Part shown: piece after piece, positions 1-12,831 of the stretch
How the letters are laid out: every line of letters starts with the position of its first letter
How positions within the stretch are numbered: position 1 is the first letter of the stretch
Source: Schizochytrium sp. TIO01
Taxonomy: Eukaryota; Protista; Bigyra: Labyrinthulomycetes
Assembly (NCBI GenBank): GCA_004764695.1
Contig: SMSO01000035.1
Coordinates: forward strand, 3,546,040 to 3,610,039
DNA: 64,000 nt
Reading direction: 5' to 3'
Position numbers and translations under genes: made by a program
The notes under the pieces: generated by a model
Databases searched by the model: none
Told to the model about the DNA's origin: nothing
Seen by the model: only the letters and a program-made list of their open reading frames with translations

Positions 1-397
1 TGGCTTCCAAGGAGAGACTATGGCGGAGGCTGCGCTGTAGGGCGCTGACTCTGCCTACGTAGAAATGAATGGGTAACAACTTCAAGAGGAGCCGGAAATG
101 GATTAGGCCGACGAGGATGAGGACCAGGGACTGACTTACTTCCTTCCTCACTCCTTGGGCTTCCTTGTTGTGGCACCGAAGAAGTTGGAGACATGGTGAC
201 TGGAAAGGATGATTCTATCGGATGTGGCAGGAAGTGAATGTGCCCTCGATAGAGCTGGAGCAGTTGCAGGTAGGCCGGTGACTTTCTTTGGAAAGAAGCA
301 AGGATGGTCAAGGCCAGAATTTGTGGATAATGGTGAAACTATCACAATCGTCTTTCGTGAATTAAATGAATTGATGGACGCATGAAATTCTCGCCAG

Positions 398-486
398 GGC
401 TTGCTTGCGCTTGTGCTTGTGCTTGCGCTAGTGCTTGTGCTTGTGCTTGTGCTAGTGCTAGTGCTAGTGCTAGTGCTAGTGCTAGT
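398..486. repeat. Compound hexamer microsatellite (GCTTGT/GCTTGC/GCTAGT)n
   Basis: Read directly from the sequence. Confidence 0.9.
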
Positions 487-3400
487 GGTTGCTGAAGAAG
501 GCTAGCTTCAGCAGGTGCGCTGAGTCTGAGTGAATGTATTCGACACGAATTGCATATACAAGTAGTGGTGTAAGTGAAGAAAGCACTGGATAATGACGAG
601 TTCAGATGCAAGCTCCGTCGTTTGAGGAAAACAAAGCACTGTAATGCAATCTAGCAAAAGTAACAGCCTTTGATCAGATTAGCGTCATGGCTGAGTAAAT
701 CAGGCGTATAAAATCATTTTAGAAAGGAAGAAAAAAAAGTATGAAGGTAGGTGTCTAGCCGTCTGCTTCTATAACCGACGGGAACAGACCCAATAGGTCA
801 TTTGATTATTGCAGATTCCATAATGGCGAGAACCAACAATCCAAGAGAGTTTTGGAAGTTTCAAGAGCGTGACTGCTTAGGTACTCAAGCTACACGCTTC
901 GGCATGGTCTTCTGCTGGAGTTTCAGTCGTGTCAGGCTGTGGATTCTCAGTGTGCCAGCTTTTGGCTAGATATTATCTCAGGACCACATTGCATTGGTCA
1001 AAGTGAAATCAGAACCGAGATGTTGATTCACAGAATGGCTGTGTTTCAGAAACTCATAGTCATATAATACAATCTTAGATAAGGGTTTTCTGTCTCAAGA
1101 TCCCTTTTACCAAGCTTCGTAGTAATTTAGGGTCACTAGACACAATTATGAAGCTCTGTTGTGAGCTGACGAGGGTAATGCCAGTACTTTAAAGAAAGAA
1201 TTGTAGCAATCGAGCTTCTGTTCGTTGAGGGAGGAAGGATAAGAATGGTCTTGAATTTATGAGATAAGGCTGGAAAGAATATCATTCTCTAGGTTGTCTC
1301 GATTGGATACGCATTTTTGTTTTTAAATTGGTTGTTGTTGTAAAAGTTGTACATCTTGAAGACCCTTGTTTAACCTGCCTTGAAACTTGCACCTGCGAAA
1401 TCTTTGAACAACATTAGCAAATTATCTGAATGTTGAATGATAGATAACCTACAGTGCGAAAAAACAGAATATGCTAAGAAGGTACATTGAGGTAAAACAA
1501 TCTTGAAGGCCTGTCACGAATTTTGTCAAAAGCGAAGCTTGTAAACTCACTCGGTCATGCTAGTGAACAGGTGCACAATGCATGTTTAATTCATTGTGGA
1601 GGGATAGATTAATCCCATTGTTGGGTAATTTTAATTCATTTTAATAAAATTAAACTTAAAATGCAGAGGTCAGGAACAGCAAAGGAGTTTTAGAGCAGTA
1701 TGTCGGAATAGTGTGATTATTCTCCTCAATAGGAGAATCACTCTTATTTCTTATGTATGTGCCGTGAGAAGCAGATTCACGGTGACTAGGATGTACTTCA
1801 GACGTTAGTCCAATCAGCACTCTATCGCCTACGCGCTGAGTATTCTCATAATATACAGAATATGCCTACTCACATTTTGTTTCTCACCTTCGTTACCAGT
1901 ACATACGTAGTACCTATGTACCAGCTCTTTCTCTGTCACGTATTTAAGTATTCATCAGTATCTGAGGTTGACTGTCCTGATGTTTGGTGGAAGGATGGGA
2001 AAGACTAAGTTTTCGAAACATATGTACCTGCGCACAAGCTTCGTGAACAGCGGACAGCTCCTTGTCACTCATTCGACTCGAGCTGTTGCTATTTACCTCT
2101 TCAAGTACCTGGATGGATTCTCGGGTCTCTGTTCAAACTTCTCATTGTCCATTTTCTGGCAAGTATTTATTAATTTTCTTTAAAGTTAGAGTTGGCATGG
2201 TTAGTTCGGACTAATCCATTGGCCACACACTAGTTCAGTGTACTACTTGTCCCACCTGAAAGTCTACCACCCACCTGCGAATGCATGAGTTGTTCTCAGT
2301 TGTTCACGGCATCGGTGTGTATGGCACTAGCAGAAACCAGGGCAGTTTGCTCGAGGATAACTTATTCTACACGTATCTGTCGCGAAGACAGTAAGTAAAT
2401 TGTGCCCACATTCACCTTCTGGAGTCTGACAGCGATGTTCAGGCAAGCTCCACACCCGTTTTCTGCTCGCTGATAAGTGAACGTGTCCTTTCTTTGACAC
2501 TGGTGGTGCACATTCTCATTGATACCTTAAAACATTGGTCGTGTGCTCACGAAACAGAAGCCAGCACCTCTCTCAATCTCCAGACCACAAGTGTGTCTCA
2601 GGCCTCTCAAGTATAGAAAGTGAGTGGGTAGGTAGCTAGATATCTTCTTGCTCGTGCATGTTTCTGCAGGTGTGCGACTCTCGTTCGGTCGTTTGCTCGC
2701 GCGCGACGGTTGCCACCCGTCATTGTCACATCTGGACCGGACGATGAGAAAACTCGCACAGACCATTCTCCGGCGAATTCTATACTCCCTTCGAGCCTGA
2801 TGGCAGTCTGCAGACTTGAGCGGTCTTTGTTGTTTTCTTGTAGCTAGCTTCCTGAATGAACAATGTCAACGCCGAGAACATTTCTTCGCTCTGGGGTAAT
2901 CCCCATTTCTTACAAGGAAGCAGGCGTGTCCATTTATGGAGGATGTGAAGATCAAAGCCCTGCCCTCCAACAAGCTCCAGCAACGGTATGCTTCCCAAGG
3001 CACAATTTATGCTGCATCTTCAACGAGTTCTTGCCATATCGCTGCGTATCCTCATTCTCCACGCAATTCCTTTCCCCAAACCCCATGAGTTCGCCAGCGC
3101 TCGAAGTTCCGCAAGTCGCCAACCAAAACGTGTCCTATCGTTTCGGCTAGTCGACTCTTACACCCTCCTCCCTCCCTGCGCCGCACTTAAAGCAGAGCAG
3201 AGCAGAGCAGAGCCTTTAATTCTTCACGAGCAAAGTATAAAACAGCTTCAACGCAAAGGAGGCGGGAGACCGACGGATGGACCTCGTTTGCTGCTCAGAG
3301 AGGGCCTTTCTCGGCACCTCGTGCTGCGCACTCATCGGTCGGGTAGGCTCAGTTTGCGACGCAGTCGAGAAACCATCGGCATATGCGCAGCAGCACCTTT

Positions 3401-6400
3401 TCTCCTGTTCTTTCCTGAACCTGCAAAAAGGAATCCGCAGAAAAGAAGTAATGATTACGAATGTTTTAAAATGAGATGTTATCATTCGTTACTTCGCTGT
3501 TTAACTTTTTCAAAGTGTTTTTACTTTCTTGATTGAAAAGCAAGAAAGGAAACATTCTCTAATTAAAACGTTTTAACTTATAAAAATAATAATAACTTTT
3601 TTAAAAACTTATTTTTTAATACAAGTGTCTAAGCCTTTATCTAAGAGGACGAAAGCAATGAAACTATGGAGTGCTAGGTTAGGAGGTAGGTAGGTAGTAG
3701 GTATAGTTGGTTGGTTGGTTGGTTGGTTATCCACCAATCAAAGAGTGTTTTAGCTGCTTTGGTTAAAAAAACAAAAACAGAACAATGCAGAAAAGGAAAC
3801 AGAGTCAATTAATTAATTAGCTACTAGCAGTGAAAGAGCGGCGTCGATTGTTTGGCTGAGGACACGGCCTTTGGGTCCACTCTAGCTTTTCGCTCGCCAC
3901 TTCTCGGCCCTTGGAGCCAATGTCTTTAGTATTCGTCACGCAACGATTCAACATTGAAAAACAAATTATTATTATGATTATTTTTTTCATTCGAAAAGCT
4001 CTGAAAAAAGACATCTGAAAACAAAGAACAAAAATGCCAAAACTTAAGAGGTATGTGGTGCACATATATCTCCTTCTCTCTTCCTCTTCCTCTCTCTAGC
4101 TCGAGACTCTAGCCAGAGAGACACTACGAGTAAAACGCCGCAGCGCTGTTTGCGCAGAAGAAACCAAAGGAAGAACGAAGCCAACACGCGAAGAGGAGAT
4201 TTCCATTCGCTTTTGCTGTTCTTATCACAGTCTGTGTTCACAGCAAATAAAGCAAATAAAATAATACTGTAATATAAAAATAACAATATTAAGTGTTTCA
4301 TAATCAGACATAGCCATACCTCTCTCTAGCTAGAGAGCGAATGTTCTGTTCTGTTCTTTATGTCATGTTCCGTTCTGTTCACTTTGTTTCCTCAATTACT
4401 GTTCACAATTGAAAGGAAAGGAAAGGAACAACTCGAACCAAGAAGTCAAGAAAACCGAGGCCTGGCCGTGCTCCCTTTCTCTGCCTTCAAGCCGCCCTGG
4501 AGAAGCGGGACTTCGCTAGGACAGGGCAACGAGTCGCTCGCTCGGCTGTCTTTCTTCTTTCGAGTTCTTCCTCCCTTCCTTTCCAGTTCTTTCTCCGCTT
4601 CTGCTCGAGTTTGCGGAGGCTGGCTGCCTCATCGGCGCATTGCCAAACCTGAGGAAGCGCCCCTCAACAGTCAGTCACAGTCCGTCAGCCAGCCAGCCAG
4701 CCAGCCAGCGAGCCAGTCCATCGTCTTCGAAGCCGGGACCGCAGACGGCGGGGCGCAAGGCTCTGCCACTCTGCTCGTCCCTGCGAACTCCAAAGCATCG
4801 CCTCGGAAAGAATCGAAGGCATCGAAAGAAAGGATCGAAAAGAATTATTGGCTCTTCTTCGCTCTGTTGACTTGCAAAGAAGGAACAAGGAAAGAACGGA
4901 AGAGCACCCAAAGAAAGAACGACTGCTACGCATTAGGATAGGAGGCGCACTAATGGCTGCTGAGGAAATGTCTTCGGGCGCTTCCTTCGACGAAGGAGCG
5001 CACACCCACTGTAACGAAGCAGTATGTGTAAAGAAAGGAGCAAGAGCGCCAAAGCTCGTTTCTCGATCAGTAAACCAACGAAGCGAATGGCCATGAGAGA
5101 GAGCAAGAAAGCTTCAGGCGCGTGTCGCAGGCTTCTGCTCCTCTTCTGGCGCTCATGGAAGAGCCGAACGGACTCAGTTCTCTAGAGCTCCGCGAAGAAG
5201 AGAAAGGCGGACGAGCCTCTCTGCCTGTTGCAAGGAGCCATTCTTAAATTCGGCTCTGGTTCAGAGCACATGCCTGTTTAATAAAAGTCTGGTGATTGGA
5301 AAGTACTGAAAACAAGCAAAATGAAGCTACTGAAAACGAACAATACAAACAATTCAAAAAAAAACAATACCAAACGAACAAACAAACAAACGACTCGAAA
5401 TATACATCCAAATCGAAGAAACCAACAGCTTTATCGGTTGAAACAAAGCTATTCTTAACGCGCGCAGACTTCCACAGCTCATCTTCGATGGTCCATGGGG
5501 ACACTCGAAACCCGTCATCGCCACTGTCATATTCAATTTATAGCTGTCTATATCTCTCTCTCTATATATATAATATATGCACCACATCCGATGTCCAAAG
5601 AAATGTCTCCGCGCGCGTGCCCAACAAAGCAGGTACCCAACTTCAAGTTGGGCTACCTGGATTCGAGCACAAAATGCAACGGGAAGCGTCGAATACAACC
5701 AGACCAGACCAAACCGCATCAAGCCAGCAAGATAAGCTCTCTCCTCAGCGCGAGGCTTCTCAAAACCAGTCCTAAGATGCACAACCCATCACAGCATTCC
5801 TGTCAAGTCAAATCGACCATCCCTCATTTTCTCATCAGTCAGTCAGTCCTCCTTCTCGGACATGTATTTCTTGTAGATGTGGCGCAGCGCAAACTTCGTT
5901 CTTCAGGTCGAAGTCGGCGCGGGCGTTGCTGAGTAATTATTAGGCGGGCGTTCTTCTCGTTCTCTTGGGAGGTCCACAGAACTCGGGCTGCGCACGCGAG
6001 AACCGGTGGATCTTGCTTCGGGCCCAGGAACTGGCTGGCTGGCTGCCTGATCTGAGCTGGACGCTGGCTCAGACCGTGCCACCTCGAGGCTCGTGCTCGG
6101 ACGTCGGCGATCTCCACTGCTCTTGCGATGGCTCGCCTCTCCACCAGCACCGTTGTTGCTGCGGCGCGTCAGGATCTCATGGTTTCGGGCAAGGATCTCC
6201 GCCGTGCTCCGTTCCATTCCGTTCCATTGTGTGTGTTCTATCATGCTCTGTTCCGTTCCTTTCCCGTTCAGCGTGGGCAGAACAGCGCGAGCCTTTCTGC
6301 CCTAGGCGATCAGAGCGACTGAGGCCCTCGTTTTCCTCCTCCTCCTCCTCATTCTCCTCGCGCGAGAGAACCTTGGGCATTTCGGCGGCAAAGCTCCGCA

Positions 6401-6632
6401 CCGCAATCGTCCAATGCTTGTTCAGTTGGTCTTGTTTCTCTGCGGCGCCGCGGCTTTCTCTGCGCATGGCGTCTTTGGACGGACGACGTGGTCCATCGCC
6501 ACACCGAACGAAGTAGCAAGCAGGTGGGTTGGCGCTACCGGACCCGGTGAACAACAGCATCTTTTTAACCTTGAGGGTTCCTCGCGCGTTCCCTCTGTGT
6601 TCCTCCTCTCTTTCGAGGGTGACATGCGCCGA

Positions 6633-6666
<34 letters not shown>
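6633..6666. repeat. (ATTG)n microsatellite
   Basis: Read directly from the sequence. Confidence 0.9.
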
Positions 6667-9166
6667 CGATTGTGCTATAACTGACTAAAACTTATTTTCG
6701 TGTATAGGAAACTCAGAAAATATTGGTGTCATGTGGCATCTAACAAATGAAGAACATCGTTTTCCTTCCTTTCTTCCTTTCATTCCTTCTTAATGAAAAA
6801 ATAGAACGACGCCTGTATAAACAAACCATGTGCCGTTCTTTTGGTTTGAGGAGCGGGAAAGCAGAGCTCCCAAGTGAGCACGCGATGGTTGGCCAATCGA
6901 AACTTGTGAGGCGATTGATTGACTTACTTATTTGCTTACCACTTACTTTCTGCTCGGTCCAGACAGGTAATCCGCGGAGTCATAAGAGTCATCCGCATTA
7001 TTCGCACTCTTCTTCTTCAAAGCCAACACGCGAAGCTTTATTTATCTATTTAATTATGTAATTATTTAATTAATTGATTAATTGATGAATTTATTCATTC
7101 CTCCGCATTCAATCACACATTCATTCATTCATTCATTCATTCGCTCATCGTCAAAGTTCTCTCTTCTGTGACCCAACCGTTTCTTCGCCTCGTAAATACT
7201 TCGCTCCTCCGCATTGGAGGTGCAAAAGCAGAAAGAAGAAGAAGGCGTCCCTTCACCCTCAGCTCAGAACGCCCCAGCTTCAAACACATGAATGAATCCC
7301 ATCGTCGAAGCCTTCGATTCCCTTCATCGGCAGCAGCATCGGTAAAGGTCGCCTCTTCGGGTTCAGGAACTTCAAGGCAAGAATAATAGGCGGGTGTTCC
7401 AATTGACGTTCTTCTTACTTCCTGCTCGAGACCTCAGCGAGAACGAATCCCACGCACGAACAGGGAGTGACAATTGCACGAACAACAAGTAAGTAAGTAA
7501 GTAACTACATCACTCAGTTCTTTCAGAGCGAATACAGCGAAGCGATCAAAGCAGATAAAGTAAGCAAAGTAAGCAAGTAAAGTACAGCGAATCAATTAAA
7601 TTAGGCAACAAAAGAATGAATGAATGAATACACGAGTGCATGCATGGATCAATGCAAAAACTTGTAGGTTCTCCGCAGAGACATTTCTTCTCTTTCTTTG
7701 CCCTCCGTGTTATGCTCCTCTCACACTGATCGATCGGCTCTGAAGAAAGAGAGAGAGAGCGAAAGAGAGAGAGAGAGAAAGAAAGAAGAGCAACGCATGA
7801 AAGACTGATTGATTGATTGATCTCTTGCCCACTTCTTCAGTAGAAAAGGCACAAGGGGCACTGTAGCCGCGATTCTCGACACGGCACTTCTCGAAACGAA
7901 AGCGAGTACAGGCACATTAAGCCCTAAGAGGCAGTAGGCCAGCGCTACCGCAAAACGCTGACGCCCCTGATGACTTTCTTTTTAGGCCTTACTTTTAGTT
8001 TTTTTCTTTCTTTCTTTCTTTTCTTTCACTTTTCATGAAACAGCTCCGTATGTTTCCTCGTGAGAAGAGTCCTTCACACTGACTCAGCCCGACTTTTCAA
8101 AGAAAGTCTCACCCGCTTTCCCCATTGGACTCGCATTGGACAGTACACAGACAGAAATGGCGATGCTAAAGCTTGGAACTGGTATTGTTACATCTGTACT
8201 TTTAAGAATTAGTTTTGGAGTATGGTGACAGAATCAAAAACATTTATTTTTTGAAAGCAAATTTCTTTTAAAGAATGGAAAGAGGCTACTACAGCAGTCA
8301 TGAGAGCGCCCGAGGAAATTTCATTGGTTATTTGCGCGCCAGAGTCTGATACAAGTCCTATACGGCGATCAGTTAACCGTGGGGGGAGCTAGATGCAGAA
8401 GCTGGTCTTCACCGCAGCAAGTTTCACATACTCCTTCATTACACCCTTCACGGAAGGGTCATTTCTGCAGGCAATAGGGCAACGAGGGGGGTATCGGTAA
8501 GGAGATCTCGCTGGCTTCTGACGCGTCAACGGTTTACGCGTTCTCAGTGGCGCTTAGAGGACCACACATCCAATAAACGCCAAACTTTCGCTTTCCCTCT
8601 CTTCGTCCCTCTGTTTGGAGGCGCGATCTGTCGCGCCTTTCACATACTGTCCGCCTGCAGTGGCATCAAGTCTGCAGACTGACCCCACTCTCCCACAGCC
8701 CCTCCCATTGCCACTGCCTTTATTTCCCCCCCTCAGCCAGAGGCGCCCACAAAACCCAGTGGTGCTTGTGAATGCCTCGCCCAGGCCTTCGTCGCGCGCG
8801 CAGGACCACCCATTCGCTTCTGCCCCCTGAGTGCGCGCGCAGGGACTCCCGAGAGCTGTCTGAGGCGTCTCCCCGCAGTGAAGGCGAGGAATGAATGGGT
8901 GGCGAGCGATGCGCCTGTGAAGAAAAAAAGCAACTAAGAAAGAAAGAAAGAAAGACAGAAAAGAGATGAAAAGACAACTAACAACAGAAGTGTAATAAGA
9001 AAATAATATAAGCCACAAAGAAAGCGACAGAGTGAACGATTTCTTCGCACCACCGCCTAAGCCGGCATTACCAGCGCCTATGTACACCACATCAAACTGC
9101 TCTGGCCTTCTTCTTCGCGCCGTTCTTTTCGCTCTTCAGGAGACTTCGCAACTTGAAAAGAACAAA

Positions 9167-9280
<114 letters not shown>

Positions 9281-11131
9281 CAACTAAAAACTAAAAAACC
9301 AACTAAGCAAATAATTTGTGCATTAAGAAAGGAAAGGAAGGAAGCAACAGTCGGTCTTCAAGTTCTCAGGAAAACCAACCTTGCGATAGACTGAGTGGCC
9401 ACGAGCAATTCGAGGCGGAGGCCGACTCTGCCGTGAAGATCTCTCTCGCAGAGACCACGCGGCGGCGGCTTTCGGAGAGACTGCGGGCGCCTGCGAGGCC
9501 TTCACGCGAGGCCTTCAGACGAAGCACGAGAGAGAGCGATGGAATCTGTGCATGGCCACTAAAGAAGGGCTCGCTAGCAGCCTCCTAGTTGCCACTACGG
9601 GCGTAGGTGGACCTGAGCAGAGTGAAATAAAGCCTAGCTGTAGGTAGGACTGCCGCTAGCGATGCTTGGCTGCAGAACCCATTTTCGAGTTTCAAAAAAA
9701 AGCAAAGCACTTTTGAGAACTCGCTCGCTACTGAAAATGAGAATAATCGACCCTTCACGCCGCTCTGCGAAAGCTAATTTGGAAAACTCGCGGGCCCTGG
9801 AATGCAAAGGCGCATTTACTTTACAGCAGAAGCCGCGAAGAAGAAAGCTCCGAGCAGTCGCATTTGAGTTCCTTCCTCGCGCGTGTACTGTATTGAGGCT
9901 AGATTTGCGCAAGATCACTCACTCACTCACTCTTGGAACAGAACGCCGGGAGTCGGTATAAAGGAGGAGGCGTTCTTTGTCTGAATTGCTGCCAAAATAT
10001 AGACAAACTCACAGTGTTTTAAGACGCTCTTTTCTTTGTTTGGGTGATCGTCGAAAGTAATACAACAGCTGTAACTAAGAGCTTTTTCTTAGAATTAAAC
10101 AAAACCATATCGCAGAAGTCTATTTTTAATCAATGAAAAAAAGAAAGAAAAAGAGAAAAGAGAAAAGAAAAAGAGAAAAGAAAAAGAAAAGACAGAGTAC
10201 CACAGAGGCAACTTTCAAGGCAAAAGAAAAAGGCTGTTTGCCATCTCTTCGTACAAACTTACTTTCTGCACTCGCGAGATCTCTCTTCGCAGGAATGAAC
10301 ATCATTTACCCTATATTAACTACTACCAGATTCAAAATTTCAAACGTATCGGGAGTATACCATACCTTTTACCTCTAAACGCGCGTGTATCGGTTGCGTC
10401 AGAGCGTCACAGGAGCGCCAATCCTCACTCTTCTCCACTACCTTTCAAAATTCCCAGTGACGTATCCTTTCAATCTGTCCCCTCAGCTCTGCCACGTTGG
10501 CCCCCGTAGGTACAAGGAGACACCTCACCTTGGTATCCACCCGCACTCTTCTAGCCTACCCCCCAGTAGGCTGTCCCTGGTGTGCGGGCCATCGCATCTT
10601 CGGGGGGTACTGCGCGAAGGCGGGTAATTAATATATTTGACTTTGTTTAATCAACTCTTCGGGTGACCGGCATCAGTGCAATGGGATTGCGTAATGTAGC
10701 GATGCACCCTCTGTCTTCGTGGGTATACTACGCACAGAGATCGATCGCTGTTATGGCGATGAGCGTCCATCGAACGAGCTTTTCCGTCTTTGGCGACGCG
10801 GCGTACAGCCAAGTCTAAGGGAAAGCGCAATATTGCTCTTTGAACCTGTAAGGTCAAGCAAAGTAAAGTACAAACAAATAAATAAACATTTGCCAAATTA
10901 ACTTGTTCTGTTTTCATTTTATTTAACTTTTTATTTAATTTTCTATTTAGTTGAAATGCATGCATTGCTCGGAATGCCGTCGATATCACATGCATTCCAT
11001 GCTGCGAGACGAGAGTAGACTACACGGCCCAAATTACGAGAATAAAGCTGCGCGGAGCAGAGCCTCCGTGGCCTCCAGAACAACAGAAGACTGAAATAGA
11101 GAGAGAGATGATTCAACTAACTAAGTAACCT

Positions 11132-11132
<1 letters not shown>

Positions 11133-11182
<50 letters not shown>
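11133..11182. repeat. (AACT)n microsatellite, about 12 units
   Basis: Read directly from the sequence. Confidence 0.95.
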
Positions 11183-11352
11183 GTCTATACACAATACAGC
11201 TCACACAATGTTTGTTTACGAAGAAGATGGAAACAGAGAGGAGGGAGAGCGCTAGCAGCGCCGGTAGGGAGGCCTAGCCAGACAGGCGCCGGAAGTTGAA
11301 AGCGCGCGTGGAAAGGCAAAGAACGAATGGGTGGTGAGGAGACTTCGAAGAA

Positions 11353-11395
<43 letters not shown>

Positions 11396-12831
11396 GACTT
11401 TGAAAGAAAGAGAGTCAGAGAGTAAGAAAGAAAGAAAGGCCTTTGAAAGAGGTGTTGCGAAGAGAGCTTTGGAGGGAATGAAAGAGCCTAAAACGCCCCA
11501 AAAAGAAAAGGTATCCATCGTCCATTATCGACGGCTGATTTCACTCTCTCTCTCTCTGTGAAAGCAGAGAAAGCGAATGGACATTCTCGAAGTGAGGCAG
11601 CCTGAAAGGGAAAACTAGCAGTGCCTACGTACCTCCCTATCGTCTGGTTTCCACAACGCAAATCATGAGTACGATGGTCAATTCAATTGATGAATGGATA
11701 ACTCACTCAACGGAGCTGCGACTATGATCGTCACCTTTTTCTTTCTATATTTCTTTCTTTCTTTCTTTCTTTCTTTCTTTATTTATTTTGTCTTCTTCTT
11801 TCAAAGTATTTGCAAAGTCTAGTGCCAAAGAATAAGAAGACAGTTCCATCGTATGCGCGAGTGAGTAAGTGAGAGAGTGAATGAAAGAGTGAGTGAATGG
11901 ATGAAAGCCAACAAATACAGCGCTTCTTCGGTCGAAAACAGCGTCAGAAGAGTGACAAAGTGCGGCGCAGACGGCCTCAAAGACAGTCTTCTTCTCACGC
12001 TCATGCACAATGCACAGAGTAAGATCAGATCAGAAAAAGCGCAGAGAAGCGCTGTTCTGCTCATGTCGAATTAAAAGAACCTGAGAAAGAAAGAACGAAG
12101 GCATCGCCTGAGATACTAATATTCCACTACCTGAACAAATATATAATAATAAATAATCTTAATCAAAAATATTTATTCTTTTAAAGCGATTTCTTAGTAC
12201 TTTCTCGATTTGAAGTTCAAGTTAGTGAACTTTTAAAACCTCACCCGGAAAAAGAATTTGCAATAGTTAAAGAGAAAATGTTAAAATTTAAAGCAACACT
12301 TCATAGGATTGATAACCACAACAACGACAGTCAATCAATTTCCTTTCAAAAGCAGATGACGCAAGTAAAAGACTTTTTCACTGATACTAAATCCCCTTAC
12401 CGAACGGCAGAGAACTTCTTAGAAGAGAAGAAAAGAAAAGGAAAGAAAAGAAGCGGCAGAGGAGGTGAGGGTAGAATAGGGCCAATTAGCTTGCCGCTAA
12501 GGTGAACTAACTAAGTATTTTTAGTTGTTGGAATGAATGGAATGAATGGAAGGAGAGATTGAGAGGCGCTTAGAAGGCAGAAGAAGAAGAGGAGAAGAAA
12601 GAAATAGGGGAATACAAGGAGGACGAAAACTGGTGGCAGCAAACCCGAAACCTCAGGTCGCGAGTTCGCCGGCCAACCACACATTGATCAATCGATAGCC
12701 CATCGCATCGGTTGACCAGTCTCACCGGAGTCGTTTGCGCTCCAGTTAGTTGACACAAACAACGAATTTCACAAACCGCACAGGTCTTTGTTGAAGTAGT
12801 CCGTGTAGACGACATTCAAGAAACAAGAACC

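Noticed and set aside
8451-8470. GGGTCATTTCTGCAG resembling U3 box A
   Set aside because: Boxes A', C', B, C and D are not found in order.
10675-10725. Minus-strand CACGAAG and CCATTGCACT resembling U1 snRNA loops
   Set aside because: No 5' ACTTACCTG and no Sm site.
11133-11182. (CTAA)n as telomeric repeat
   Set aside because: A tetramer lacking the CCCTAA C-run. It is one of many tetranucleotide microsatellites here.
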